This document shows positions 1 through 9,224 of a DNA stretch of 34,798 nt, in pieces. The notes beneath the pieces are model-generated. The model worked only from the letters and a program-made list of their open reading frames with translations. It did not search any database and was not told the DNA's origin. This DNA comes from a bacterium (GTDB taxonomy: Bacteria; Electryoneota; Electryoneia; Electryoneales; Electryoneaceae). The translations under genes were made by a program, and so were the position numbers. The stretch's first letter is position 1, and every line of letters begins with the position of its first letter. The stretch spans positions 1 to 34,798 of the forward strand of contig JAZDLX010000107.1 of assembly GCA_043801585.1 (NCBI GenBank), read 5' to 3'.

Positions 1-63
1 CACTTTTTTTATTTGCGCCATGGTGGGAGAAAAATACCTTGACCATATTCTTGCCCTCTTGAA

Positions 64-101
64 CAGACAGTTTGGAAAGGTTTTTTTCTTCAAACTGTCT
101 G
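64..101. repeat. Inverted-repeat element CAGACAGTTTG-N16-CAAACTGTCTG (copy 1 of 2)
   Basis: Perfect 11-bp inverted arms at 64-74 and 91-101; near-identical element at 17255-17291. Confidence 0.75.
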
Positions 102-150
102 GATGCGGACGGATCGCTCAGGTCGCGCTCACAACAGCCTAGCTTGCAGG

Positions 151-226
151 AAAATGTACCAAGTACTTTTTATCCTGATCGGGTGAACGCTTTGCCGCAC
201 ATGTAAAAAGGTACCTGGTACATTTT
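151..226. repeat. Inverted doublet of AAAATGTACCWGGTACMTTTT-type palindromes (REP/REPIN-like)
   Basis: aaaatgtaccaagtacttttt (151-171) and aaaaaggtacctggtacatttt (205-226) are near reverse complements, each self-palindromic; a third copy lies at 5449-5473. Confidence 0.75.
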
Positions 227-346
227 CAGACGGCCCCATTCGCCTCGGTTAACTCGTTGACCAGATACAGACTGGAGCCTAACTTAGGCGTTGTCGTCGG
301 GATCGTCCCGGGGACAGATAAACTTGCTTCGATGTGGAGGCCAGGA

Positions 347-550
347 ATGGCTCTGACCATCAACGAGAAATGCATCAGCTGCGGCGCCTGCGAGCCCGAG
401 TGCCCCGTTAACGCGATCAGCGAAGGGGATGACATCTATGTCATCGATCCCGACGTCTGCGTGGAGTGCGAGGGGTACCATGACGAGCCTCAGTGCCGTG
501 TGGTTTGCCCAGTGCACGAGGAAGACGATCCCTGCGTCGTTAAGCTCTGA
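347..550 (+). CDS. 2x[4Fe-4S] ferredoxin (YfhL/Alvin-like)
   Basis: MALTINEKCISCGACEPECPVNAI...CVECEGYHDEPQCRVVCP: CxxCxxCxxxCP plus CxxC-x8-CxxxCP. ATG at 347 is preceded by GGAGG; the ORF-track start at 257 is probably too long. Confidence 0.93.
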   Translation: MALTINEKCISCGACEPECPVNAISEGDDIYVIDPDVCVECEGYHDEPQCRVVCPVHEEDDPCVVKL

Positions 551-573
551 GCGGATGCAAATCGCTGAGCCTG

Positions 574-609
574 GCGCCCGATCCCATGCGGATCGGGCGC
601 TTGACTTTT
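574..609 (+). terminator. Probable intrinsic terminator after the ferredoxin
   Basis: 11-bp perfect stem gcgcccgatcc/ggatcgggcgc with a 5-nt loop, followed by ttgactttt. Confidence 0.7.
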
Positions 610-806
610 ACGCCGCTCCCCTGTTCCTTAATTCTTGTAAAATTCCGTCAACACAGTTCATCCTCCTCCAAATCCCGCAGTACCGTTTTGTAAGAAACAG
701 CTTTTTTACTATGTTTGCGCTTTCCGCGGGCACCGTGGACAGTTCGTGCTGAATCCGCCCACAACGCCCCTCGGAATTCGGGGTATTTGATGATGAGGCG
801 CCAACG

Positions 807-1745
807 ATGATCGTTTCCCTGCTGCTGATCCTGACCGGGTTGATCCTACTTATTGCCGGCGGGGAGTGTGTGGTACGTGGCGGATCTTCCGTTGCAGCAC
901 GCCTGCGTGTCCCGGAATTCCTGATCGGCGCAACGGTGGTGGCATTTGGAACTTCCGCGCCGGAACTGGCGGTCACTGTCACCGCCGCCCTGCGAGGTGC
1001 TCCCGAACTCGCACTCGGCAATGTGGTCGGCAGCAACATCGCCAACCTCGGCCTGATTCTCGGCCTTGCGGCGCTCCTACGCCCGGTGATTGCACCCGTG
1101 GAGAGCCTGAAAAACGAGATCTGGGCGATCGCAGGCGTCATCGTTCTGCTGGTCCTTTTCGGATGGAATGGGCAGGTCAGCCGGATCGAAGGAATCATCC
1201 TGCTTGCGGGGATGGCCGCGGCCATGATCCACAGCGTCCGCGGAGCGCATAAAGCGCGCGCCCTGGGCACCCATGACAACCAGGTTCAGCATTACAAAAC
1301 GATCGTCGCCGTTCCCATCCTGCTTGCAGGTCTGGTGCTTCTCTATTTCGGGGGTCAGGTTCTGGTGGACGGTGCGGTCCGCATCGCCGAAGCGTTCGGT
1401 GTTCCGCAATGGGTCATCGGCGCTTTGATCGTTGCCGTGGGCACGTCCACTCCTGAAGTTGCCGCGTCCGTCGTCGCCGCCTGGCGCGGCCGGGGAGACC
1501 TTGCGGTCGGCAATGTGATCGGGTCAAACCTGTTCAACACCTTCTTCGTCCTCGGAACGGGGGCAACCATCCGCCCCTTCATTGTCAATATCAACATCCA
1601 CTTCGACCTGATCCTGTTCGCCGGAATGAGCGTTCTCGCCGTCGCCGTGATGCTGCTGCGCAAACGTCTCTCTCGAACCTGGGGCGGGATCCTGTTGATG
1701 CTCTATGTCGCGTACGTGGTAATCCGTATCCTGCTTCACGCCTGA
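807..1745 (+). CDS. Calcium/sodium antiporter (CaCA family, YrbG-like)
   Basis: Two alpha repeats, GTSAPE...GNVVGSNIAN and GTSTPE...GNVIGSNLFN; about 10 hydrophobic segments. Confidence 0.93.
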   Translation: MIVSLLLILTGLILLIAGGECVVRGGSSVAARLRVPEFLIGATVVAFGTSAPELAVTVTAALRGAPELALGNVVGSNIANLGLILGLAALLRPVIAPVESLKNEIWAIAGVIVLLVLFGWNGQVSRIEGIILLAGMAAAMIHSVRGAHKARALGTHDNQVQHYKTIVAVPILLAGLVLLYFGGQVLVDGAVRIAEAFGVPQWVIGALIVAVGTSTPEVAASVVAAWRGRGDLAVGNVIGSNLFNTFFVLGTGATIRPFIVNINIHFDLILFAGMSVLAVAVMLLRKRLSRTWGGILLMLYVAYVVIRILLHA

Positions 1746-1835
1746 GCCCCCGGCTCTCCTGAACGGTGAACCGTGCAACCAGACCGGGGTCGAAGCATCC
1801 AATGTACAGGGAAGAGAAAACCGGGAAAACAGGTT

Positions 1836-2645
1836 ATGCCTGAAACGACGATAACACTGAACGGCAGAATTCTCGAAGCGATTACTGTTGACTTCTGGGG
1901 CACGATCGCGCATGACAACACCCTGCAGAAGCGTCGGGTGAGGCGTGCGGAATACATGCTTGAGTGGTTGAACAGCCTCGGTCACGCGACGACCCTCGAC
2001 AAACTGATCGTCGCTCTGCACGAGTATCAAGACCTCTGGCACGAGGACTGGAAACAACAGCGAGTAACACACGGCGCCTTCCACATTGTCCGCTTTCTCG
2101 TTGAAAAATTTGGCATGGAGGCGTCCGAGGAGCAAGTTGCGGCGCTGGCCGTCAAACTTGACAAAACGTTAATGGAAATCCAGCCCGTGATGATAGAAGG
2201 TGCGGATCGGGTTCTGCGCCGTTTCGCGGATCGCGGGATCAAGCTCGCACTCATCAGCGACACCGCGATCAGCGGCCCTGAAAGCCTGGACTGGCTGCTG
2301 CAGGAGTGGGGCTTGCTGGACGTCTTTCCCGTGCGAGTCTACTCCGAGAACACCGGCGTCGCCAAGCCACACCCCAAGGCTTTCCTGACCGCCGCGCAGG
2401 AGCTGGGAGTGCCACAGCACCGGTTGCTCCACATCGGCGATCTCGAATCCACGGATGTGCTCGGAGCGAAGTCAATCGGCATCGCTGCGCTGCGTTTTGA
2501 CGGGATGAAGCCTGAAAAGGAATGCACTATTTGCTCGATGGCCGACAAGGTTGTGAATTCCTGGCTGGAAGTTTCAGCTCTCCTGCTGGGACCGGAACGG
2601 GATGCCGGCAACCTGTCTCTCAACGTTGAAACTGGTGTGTCTTAG
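1836..2645 (+). CDS. HAD-superfamily hydrolase (subfamily IA)
   Basis: Motif I VDFWGT, motif II LISDT, motif III AKP, motif IV HIGDLESTD. ATG at 1836 preferred over GTG at 1773. Confidence 0.88.
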   Translation: MPETTITLNGRILEAITVDFWGTIAHDNTLQKRRVRRAEYMLEWLNSLGHATTLDKLIVALHEYQDLWHEDWKQQRVTHGAFHIVRFLVEKFGMEASEEQVAALAVKLDKTLMEIQPVMIEGADRVLRRFADRGIKLALISDTAISGPESLDWLLQEWGLLDVFPVRVYSENTGVAKPHPKAFLTAAQELGVPQHRLLHIGDLESTDVLGAKSIGIAALRFDGMKPEKECTICSMADKVVNSWLEVSALLLGPERDAGNLSLNVETGVS

Positions 2646-3037
2646 GCCTTGTTATTATTGTTGTTGTGTTTTTTACAATATGAACAACCCTCGCTTATTG
2701 GTCGATAACCGGGTGATTTGACTGTCTGGATTGCTCCAGCAGGCTCTCTGATCTCTTCGTCAGCAATTTCGACGGGTGGCCTGGGGCTTTTGTCCCCGGT
2801 TTGAAAAGTTTGAGAGTGGAGAGTTCAAAATCTCCGTGATGATGCCCCGGTTCTGAAGGCTTGGGTCACAAATCCGTAATAACCCCATCTCGCCAATGAG
2901 CACATTCAGCGGCCGGGAACAGCCGTATTCCTGCCTCCGGCACATGAACCTGTTCTGAACCGGTACGAGCCCTCCCCGAGATAGAGACTGCAGATTCCTG
3001 TCTCCGAGCTCCCGCTTCACCTCGTTATCTTCCCTCC

Positions 3038-4840
3038 ATGCCAATCCCCGAGGAAACCATCCGGCGGATTCGTGAGGCCACGGATATCGTCGAGATCGTC
3101 AGCGAATATGTCAGCCTCCAGAAGCGCGGTGGAGCCAACTTTTTCGGCCTCTGCCCTTTCCATGAGGAGAAATCCCCCTCGTTCTCCGTCCATTCCGGAC
3201 GCCAGACCTTCCATTGTTTCGGCTGTGGCGAGGGCGGCAACGTATACACCTTCCTGATGAAAATCGAGGGGATCGAATTTCCTGACGCCGTCCGCCGTCT
3301 TGGCCAGCGCGCCGGAATCGCGGTAGACGAAGAGCGGGACGGTCGGCGTAGCGAGAACGAGGATAGCTATCACGCTTGCGACCTGGCGGCGAAGTACTAT
3401 CGGTGGCGTCTCACCGACGGCAAGGAGCCCGATGTCGAATTCGCCCGCCAGTACCTGGAGAACCGTGGCATCACCACGGAACTCGCGGAAAAGTTCACGA
3501 TCGGCCTCGCCCCGGAGGGATGGGACGAGCTGATCAAGGTCGCCGCGAAACGAAAAATGCGTCCCGAAACACTCGAAAAAGCAGGGCTTGCGCGCAGAGG
3601 CGATCGAGGAACCTATTACGACTGGTTCCGTGGCAGGTTGATGTTTCCCATCTTCAACGCAAGCGGGAGAGTGGTCGCTTTCGGTGGCCGGATCCTTCAC
3701 GACGATACGGAACGCCCTCAACCGAAATATATCAACACCTCTGACACGCCGATCTTCCAGAAAGGCCGACTGCTCTACGGATTGCCTCAGGCGCGTGACG
3801 CAATGCGCCAGGAGGGATCGGCGATTCTGGTGGAGGGATACACCGACCTGATCTCGCTCCACAGCGTCGGGGTAACGAACACCATCGCCGGCCTCGGCAC
3901 CGCCCTGACCCACGACCAGGCGACACTGATTCTCCGTTTCGCCAAGCGAGCGATTCTCCTTTATGACGCTGATCTCGCCGGTGACATGGCGGCGTTCCGT
4001 GGAGCGGATGTGCTGGTCGGCGCGGGGCTCGAAGTGCATGTCGCCCTGCTTCCTCCGGGCGAGGATCCGGACACCCTTGCGAGGAAAAACGGCGAGGAGG
4101 GAGTTCGCGTGGTTCTCGACGCCTCCCGTCCCCTCGTCGATTTCAAGATCGATCACTTCCGCAAGCTTGGCCGGCTCAACACACCGCAGGGCAAGAGCGA
4201 GGCAACCCGCTCGCTGCTCGAAACCCTGCGCAGAATTCAGGATCCGATCACCCGCCAGTTTGCGTTGCACGAAGTCGCCGAAAAGCTGAGTGTCGACGAG
4301 CGGATGTTGAGTCTGGAGCTGGATAAGAGCTCGAGGACCAGCTCGCGTGTGGAATCGTCGTCTTCTTCCTCGGCGATCCAATCATCGAAACAGCAGGACG
4401 AGTTGATCCGCAGCCTGCTGCTTGTGCTGATCCGTAATCCAGAGTACAGCAGCTCCATCTTCAGCACTCTCCACACCGCCGATCTCGAAGAACATCCGCT
4501 CCGTCTCGTTTTCGAGCTGCTCGAGGCGGCTAACATCGAGGGCGAGTCGATCTCCGAAACGGAGCTGTTCAACAAAATCCCGGACCAGAATATCGCGGCC
4601 ACGCTTTCGGCGATATTGAACCGCCACACGACAGTGGATTTCGACAAAGCGGAGGAGGTGGCACGGAGCACCTCAATCAAGCTCAAGCTGATGGCGCTGG
4701 AACGAGACCTTGCGCAACTTAAGGATCTTCAGAAACAGGGCCAGTCAGTGATGGCGGATGCTGCACGCCTCCAGCAGGAGATCATGGCACTCAAGGACGA
4801 GCTCACTGACAACCGTCTGAACAAGACACCTCCCGCATAA
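3038..4840 (+). CDS. dnaG: DNA primase
   Basis: Zinc finger CPFHEEKSPSF...CFGC, FRGRLMFPI, FGGR, PKYINT, and TOPRIM motifs LVEGYTD, YDAD, GEDPD. Confidence 0.97.
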   Translation: MPIPEETIRRIREATDIVEIVSEYVSLQKRGGANFFGLCPFHEEKSPSFSVHSGRQTFHCFGCGEGGNVYTFLMKIEGIEFPDAVRRLGQRAGIAVDEERDGRRSENEDSYHACDLAAKYYRWRLTDGKEPDVEFARQYLENRGITTELAEKFTIGLAPEGWDELIKVAAKRKMRPETLEKAGLARRGDRGTYYDWFRGRLMFPIFNASGRVVAFGGRILHDDTERPQPKYINTSDTPIFQKGRLLYGLPQARDAMRQEGSAILVEGYTDLISLHSVGVTNTIAGLGTALTHDQATLILRFAKRAILLYDADLAGDMAAFRGADVLVGAGLEVHVALLPPGEDPDTLARKNGEEGVRVVLDASRPLVDFKIDHFRKLGRLNTPQGKSEATRSLLETLRRIQDPITRQFALHEVAEKLSVDERMLSLELDKSSRTSSRVESSSSSSAIQSSKQQDELIRSLLLVLIRNPEYSSSIFSTLHTADLEEHPLRLVFELLEAANIEGESISETELFNKIPDQNIAATLSAILNRHTTVDFDKAEEVARSTSIKLKLMALERDLAQLKDLQKQGQSVMADAARLQQEIMALKDELTDNRLNKTPPA

Positions 4841-4846
4841 TTCGGC

Positions 4847-5371
4847 ATGACGATGGCCAACGCAAAATCCGCGGACAAGACGCCCCCACTCCCCTCCCTC
4901 CCGCAACGGGAACTCGACCTGGTCCGCTCCGCTCTTGACCAGGTGCGACGCATACCGGTCAATTCTCCCGACGATCAAGCCGTTGTGAAGATGATTCGCA
5001 TCCGTAAGGATCTTGAACGACGGGTACGCATATACGATGAGTTGCGGGAACAGGCTCGCCGTGAGGTTCGGTGGGGTCTGTTGATCTCCTTTGCCTCTTC
5101 CGCGCTCGTCCTTGCACTGGGGTTCTGGAGGATCCTCGAACGGTCCGCGATGCCTCTTGACGTTCCCGTGGACCCCTTGAAATTCCTCGTGCTTTTCACA
5201 TTGTTGTTTCTTCTGGCGTGGTCACCGTTCATTGTGGCTTTAATTCGCAGAAGATTATTGAGGAAGCGTGCCGACGAAGCACCGATGGGCGACGCTGGAC
5301 CGGCATTGAAGGTTTTCGACGTCACTCTCGTAAGGGGGTTGGTTCAGATGAAGACCGGACCCAAGACCTGA
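4847..5371 (+). CDS. Hypothetical membrane protein with two predicted TM helices
   Basis: Starts 6 nt after the dnaG stop; charged helical N-terminal part, then two hydrophobic stretches (WGLLISFASSALVLALGFW; FLVLFTLLFLLAWSPFIVALI) followed by a basic RRRLLRKR. Confidence 0.7.
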   Translation: MTMANAKSADKTPPLPSLPQRELDLVRSALDQVRRIPVNSPDDQAVVKMIRIRKDLERRVRIYDELREQARREVRWGLLISFASSALVLALGFWRILERSAMPLDVPVDPLKFLVLFTLLFLLAWSPFIVALIRRRLLRKRADEAPMGDAGPALKVFDVTLVRGLVQMKTGPKT

Positions 5372-5448
5372 AAACGGTAACGCTGTTCTCCTAATACCCC
5401 ACAAAACATCAATGATGGAAACAAAAATGAAGGGATCAAGTCCAGGCA

Positions 5449-5473
5449 GATAAATGTACCTGGTACATTTATC
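5449..5473. repeat. Perfect palindrome GATAAATGTACC-T-GGTACATTTATC between convergent genes
   Basis: 12-bp perfect arms with a 1-nt spacer; same core as the copies at 151-226. Confidence 0.8.
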
Positions 5474-5521
5474 ACTTTCTGATCACAACTTATCGTTCAG
5501 GCAAAACCACCAATCTTGACC

Positions 5522-6034
5522 TTAAAGAAGTCCCAGTCGCCGCAAACGAGGCAGTACGGTGGGATCGTCCTCGGCCTCCTCCGCTTCGAGAGGTGCGAGC
5601 CAGCCCCGGCGTTCCAGTTCCGCGAGCACAAACCCCACAGGATCACCGTTTGAGGTGATTCCCTCGCTGGTAAACGCCTCGGGGCGCAGGGCCAGGCACG
5701 GGAGGCTGTCGACCACATCCCCGCACCAGAGGTGAAGCAGTTTCTCCGGCTTTTCCCACCCCCAGTGAATCTGCTCGGGTTGCGCACGTCCTCCTGCGAC
5801 GATGCAGATGATCCCGTGACGGTTCAACCGTCGCATGGTGAGCCCGAGAGCGAGCCCCGGCGGTGGGGCTTCGCCTTTGTATGCGTCCCGTGCCACCTTT
5901 TCAGCATTGAACACCTCGACCGCCCAGCCTTCACGGCGCAGTGCGTTTGCCAGATGCTCGTGCCCCGCTTCGGCATAACCGTTGGGCGAGAGAGAATTAA
6001 TCCACAGGGAAAATCCCTTGGGGGAGTTGTTCAC
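5522..6034 (-). CDS. Degenerate adenylyl-sulfate kinase (CysC)-like protein, probably catalytically inactive
   Basis: GFSLWINSLS...LANALRREGWAVEVFNAE...LNRHGIICIVA follows the CysC pattern GFTxWFTGLSGSGKST...L...G..VEVLDGD...L.R.G..VIVA. Acidic tail ends RLRRLGLL. AGGAAGG upstream; 19 nt from the hbd stop. Confidence 0.6.
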   Translation of the reverse strand: MNNSPKGFSLWINSLSPNGYAEAGHEHLANALRREGWAVEVFNAEKVARDAYKGEAPPPGLALGLTMRRLNRHGIICIVAGGRAQPEQIHWGWEKPEKLLHLWCGDVVDSLPCLALRPEAFTSEGITSNGDPVGFVLAELERRGWLAPLEAEEAEDDPTVLPRLRRLGLL

Positions 6035-6053
6035 TGAAGGACTGCCTTCCTGC

Positions 6054-6998
6054 TTAGACGGTAGAATGTATCATTCGACCGTTTTCATCGTACTCGAAGA
6101 ACCCCTTGCCAGTCTTGACACCGTGATGTCCCGCACGCACCAACTTGCGCAACAATGGGCAGGGACGATATTTCGCATCGCCTGTCTCCCGGAACATCGC
6201 ATCAAGCCAGGACCACACCTCGTCGAGACCCATCTGGTCCGCGAGCTGCAGGGGACCCTGTACAAAATCATATCCAAGACGAATAGCGGTGTCAATGCCC
6301 TCGGCTGTGGCGACGCCTTCCATCAGCGCGTACATCGCCTCATTCAACATCGGCAGCACAACACGCGTAGTCACGAAACCAGGCGACTCGTACACTTCGA
6401 CCACTGTCTTTCCAATGGCTTCCGCGAACTGCTTGACAAACTCAACCGTCTCCGAAGATGTCTGAAGACCTTTCACCACTTCCACCAGGGGACGTTTCGG
6501 CACGGGGTTCAGAAAGTGCATCCCGATCACTTTCTTCGGACGGATCGTCCCTTCGGCGAGCTCCGTCACGGAAAGGACGGAAGTGTTCGTCACAAAAACA
6601 GCTTCAGGTTCTGCGAGCGTATCGAGGCGCAGGAAAAGGTCCTTCTTCACCTGGAGAATATCCGGAACCGCCTCGATGATCAGCCTGTAATCTTCCACTT
6701 CGGAAAGGTCCACTGTCCCGCGAATCCGGCTGAGCAACGCTCGCTTTTCGGAATCTGTCATGCTCCACCGGGCAATCTCCCGGTCGAGATTAACGTCAAG
6801 CTGGTGCAGGCTGTGTTCAAGACTTGCCTCGTCTTTCTCGATGAGGAGCACTTCCATGCCCTTCTGCGCAATCGCCTGGGCGATCCCCAGCCCCATCGTC
6901 CCGGCACCGACGACAGCAACCCGTTGGAGGATGTCGTCATCCGACGGAATGGCTCCACCTTGCCGGAGAATATCTTTCAGGGTTTCTTCTTCAGCCAT
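6054..6998 (-). CDS. hbd: 3-hydroxybutyryl-CoA / 3-hydroxyacyl-CoA dehydrogenase
   Basis: Rossmann VVGAGTMGLGIA, IEAVP, TNTSVLS, catalytic GMHFLNP...LVE, PGFVTTR, GVKTGKGFFEY. Confidence 0.93.
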   Translation of the reverse strand: MAEEETLKDILRQGGAIPSDDDILQRVAVVGAGTMGLGIAQAIAQKGMEVLLIEKDEASLEHSLHQLDVNLDREIARWSMTDSEKRALLSRIRGTVDLSEVEDYRLIIEAVPDILQVKKDLFLRLDTLAEPEAVFVTNTSVLSVTELAEGTIRPKKVIGMHFLNPVPKRPLVEVVKGLQTSSETVEFVKQFAEAIGKTVVEVYESPGFVTTRVVLPMLNEAMYALMEGVATAEGIDTAIRLGYDFVQGPLQLADQMGLDEVWSWLDAMFRETGDAKYRPCPLLRKLVRAGHHGVKTGKGFFEYDENGRMIHSTV

Positions 6999-7053
6999 GA
7001 CAACGCCCCGCTTCTTGCTCCCGGATTCGGGAAACGTGCCGATTGTTCGAATG

Positions 7054-7476
7054 TCAGCGCTGCTCGATCAATTCGGATTCCGAAAAGAACATGCCAATTT
7101 CGATTCGCCCGTTCTCCGGGGAATCGCTGCCGTGCACGGCGTTCTGACTCTTATCCACGCCGTACAGATTGCGAATCGTACCTTCCTCGGCTTCACGGGA
7201 GTCAGTGGCACCGATTACCTTACGCCACTTATCCACGGCACCGTCCGCCTCGAGGGCGATTAGCACAACGGGACCGTCGGTCATATAATCACAGAGATCA
7301 CCGAAAAACGGCCGTTCGCGATGCACCGCATAAAAGGCCTCCACGGTCGGACGGTTGAGCCTGGCCCGTTTCATGCCAAGGATCGCAAACCCTTCCTGCA
7401 CGATACGATCTACGATATTGCCGATGCACTTCTTTTCAACTGCGTCAGGTTTGATGATGCAAAGAGTGCGTTCCAC
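7054..7476 (-). CDS. ndk: Nucleoside-diphosphate kinase
   Basis: ERTLCIIKPDAV, FYAVHRERPFF, GTIR, active-site NAVHGSDS. GTG at 7476 with AAGGGA upstream matches the canonical start (alternative ATG at 7497). Confidence 0.96.
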   Translation of the reverse strand: MERTLCIIKPDAVEKKCIGNIVDRIVQEGFAILGMKRARLNRPTVEAFYAVHRERPFFGDLCDYMTDGPVVLIALEADGAVDKWRKVIGATDSREAEEGTIRNLYGVDKSQNAVHGSDSPENGRIEIGMFFSESELIEQR

Positions 7477-7602
7477 GTTCTTTCCCTTATCGTTCATGTG
7501 CCGCCGTACAGTCCCGTTAGTCCAGGCAGTCACCGATTCGCGGGCCAACATACGGAACGCAACCTCGCGTCGCCAGCGGGTTTCCGGTTCCTGGAGCCAT
7601 GT

Positions 7603-9009
7603 TCACCTTGCTTCCAGTTCTGCGATGATCCTGTCAATGACATGGGCTGGAAAAACCGACCCTTCGGTGAACAGGTCACGGTTGTTCTTCAACTCCAGGG
7701 CGACCGCCTTGAACGATCGCGGAACCGGAGCGCCCTCGTTGCCGTCGCTCCCCGCTTTTGTTTTTTCGATCACCTCGTCGAGGTTCTCGATCCCCTTGCC
7801 GACGATCAGCGCCTGGGCGAGCCCGGCGAGCAACAGGTGCGGATGGGCGGATCCATCCGGCAGGCGAAACTCCACCGTTGGCGGGCTCACCTCCCTCCCT
7901 GTTTCATCTTTCGCAACAATGGGCAGGCGGATCAGAGCCTTGCGGTTGAACTGCCCCCAGGTCACGTTGTTCGGCGCTTCCTTGCCCTGAATCAAGCGGG
8001 TGAAGCTGGTCGACTCGCGGTTGCCGAAAGCCATCAACGCTCCGCCTATCCGGCTGAGGCCGGCGATCAACCATTTAGCCGCTTCATGAAGTTCGCCGTT
8101 TTCCCCCACTCCCCCCATTGGCACCCCATTCACCACGGGTGAAAGGTGGAAGTGCATACCGCTGCCCGCATGACCTTCGCGCACTACGGGGCTGAAGGAA
8201 CAGCGCATCTGTTTCTCGTGGGCGAGGTTGCGAAGGACCCACATCGTCAACGCCACATTGTCCGCCGCCTGGGGCAGCGGAGCGAGTGCGAGTTCAACTT
8301 CGTGCTGTTCCCAGATCGTCGGATCGCTTTTGGACGCCTCAATGTAACCGACCTCACTGTGGCTGTACTTGATCGGGACGCCCATTTCCGCAAGCACGAC
8401 CATCGCCTGACGTCTTAACTCCTCGCCGAAAACAAAGGGGCTCGTCGCGTGATAGCCACGGTCATCAGCGCCGTAGATATCCTCTCCGCCCGTTGTCTTG
8501 CCGAGAAAATATTCCACCTCACCAAGCGCATAAAGATCGACACCGGTCCGGCTTCGCACACGCTCATAGCCGTACTGGACCATGGTGTCGGGCGATTCAG
8601 GCAGAGGAAGACCGTCCTGTGCGAAATGACCACACATCAGTCCAAGCGTCGGGATGGAAGAAAACGGATTGAGGAATGCGCTGGCCACACGGGGACGGAG
8701 CACGATGTCCGATTTCCCCGCGGGAATGCCGAGCAATCCGAAAAGACTCGATCCGTCCGCACGTTCCCCGCCTGTGATGATGTCACGAAGATGCATGAAA
8801 TCGCGCGGAACAAAATCAAGAGTCTTCAACCACCCGTCGCCGCCCATGTGCATCAGGCTGACGATGCGGATATGGTGGTCCTTGACAAAATCGATCAGGT
8901 CGTCCGCGGTCCATGACGCCCGCGATGTCCCCAATATCCGTTCAAGCCTGGAGGCAGGAAGCACCTGCTCCCCGCCCGGCGCAGCATCAGCCGAATGGAA
9001 ATCCATCAT
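7603..9009 (-). CDS. Glutamine synthetase family protein
   Basis: DGSSLFG, GEVEYF, HSEVG, QHEVE, GSGMHFHLS, NRKALIRLP, VEFRLPD. Start uncertain (9009, 9006 or 9033). Confidence 0.88.
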   Translation of the reverse strand: MMDFHSADAAPGGEQVLPASRLERILGTSRASWTADDLIDFVKDHHIRIVSLMHMGGDGWLKTLDFVPRDFMHLRDIITGGERADGSSLFGLLGIPAGKSDIVLRPRVASAFLNPFSSIPTLGLMCGHFAQDGLPLPESPDTMVQYGYERVRSRTGVDLYALGEVEYFLGKTTGGEDIYGADDRGYHATSPFVFGEELRRQAMVVLAEMGVPIKYSHSEVGYIEASKSDPTIWEQHEVELALAPLPQAADNVALTMWVLRNLAHEKQMRCSFSPVVREGHAGSGMHFHLSPVVNGVPMGGVGENGELHEAAKWLIAGLSRIGGALMAFGNRESTSFTRLIQGKEAPNNVTWGQFNRKALIRLPIVAKDETGREVSPPTVEFRLPDGSAHPHLLLAGLAQALIVGKGIENLDEVIEKTKAGSDGNEGAPVPRSFKAVALELKNNRDLFTEGSVFPAHVIDRIIAELEAR

Positions 9010-9224
9010 CGCACCAAAAGCCTCGTGAAACACACTCTTTTACCACCCATCGTCCGGGGCGTGAAATGTATCACATCCCCCCAGCCGGCACCAAGAGGTC
9101 TCGAGCGGCTCCCTCCCGGGATAATTCGACTCTGTTTCACGGTTCGGATGGAAAACCGGCTTGTCCCATTCCTGTATGTGCTGTCATCTTCTGGCTCGTT
9201 CACACTTGAAAATCCGGGAGAAGC

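Noticed and set aside
64..226. Clustered palindromes considered as a possible CRISPR array
   Set aside because: The units are inverted rather than direct repeats, there are at most two per site, and no cas genes are present.
2646..3037. 392-bp spacer before dnaG with a 94-aa minus-strand ORF (2760-3044) and small hairpins
   Set aside because: The ORF overlaps the dnaG start and has no recognisable features; I could not match tRNA, SRP, RNase P, tmRNA or 6S signatures.
4325..4390. Serine-rich low-complexity stretch in dnaG
   Set aside because: It corresponds to the ordinary variable linker before the C-terminal helicase-binding domain; it is not an intein or insertion.
7477..7605. The glutamine synthetase TGA is in frame with ndk with no intervening stop, suggesting read-through or a selenocysteine fusion
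   Set aside because: The frame match has a one-in-three chance in GC-rich DNA, the linker is not protein-like, there is no Sec context, and ndk has its own RBS and canonical start.
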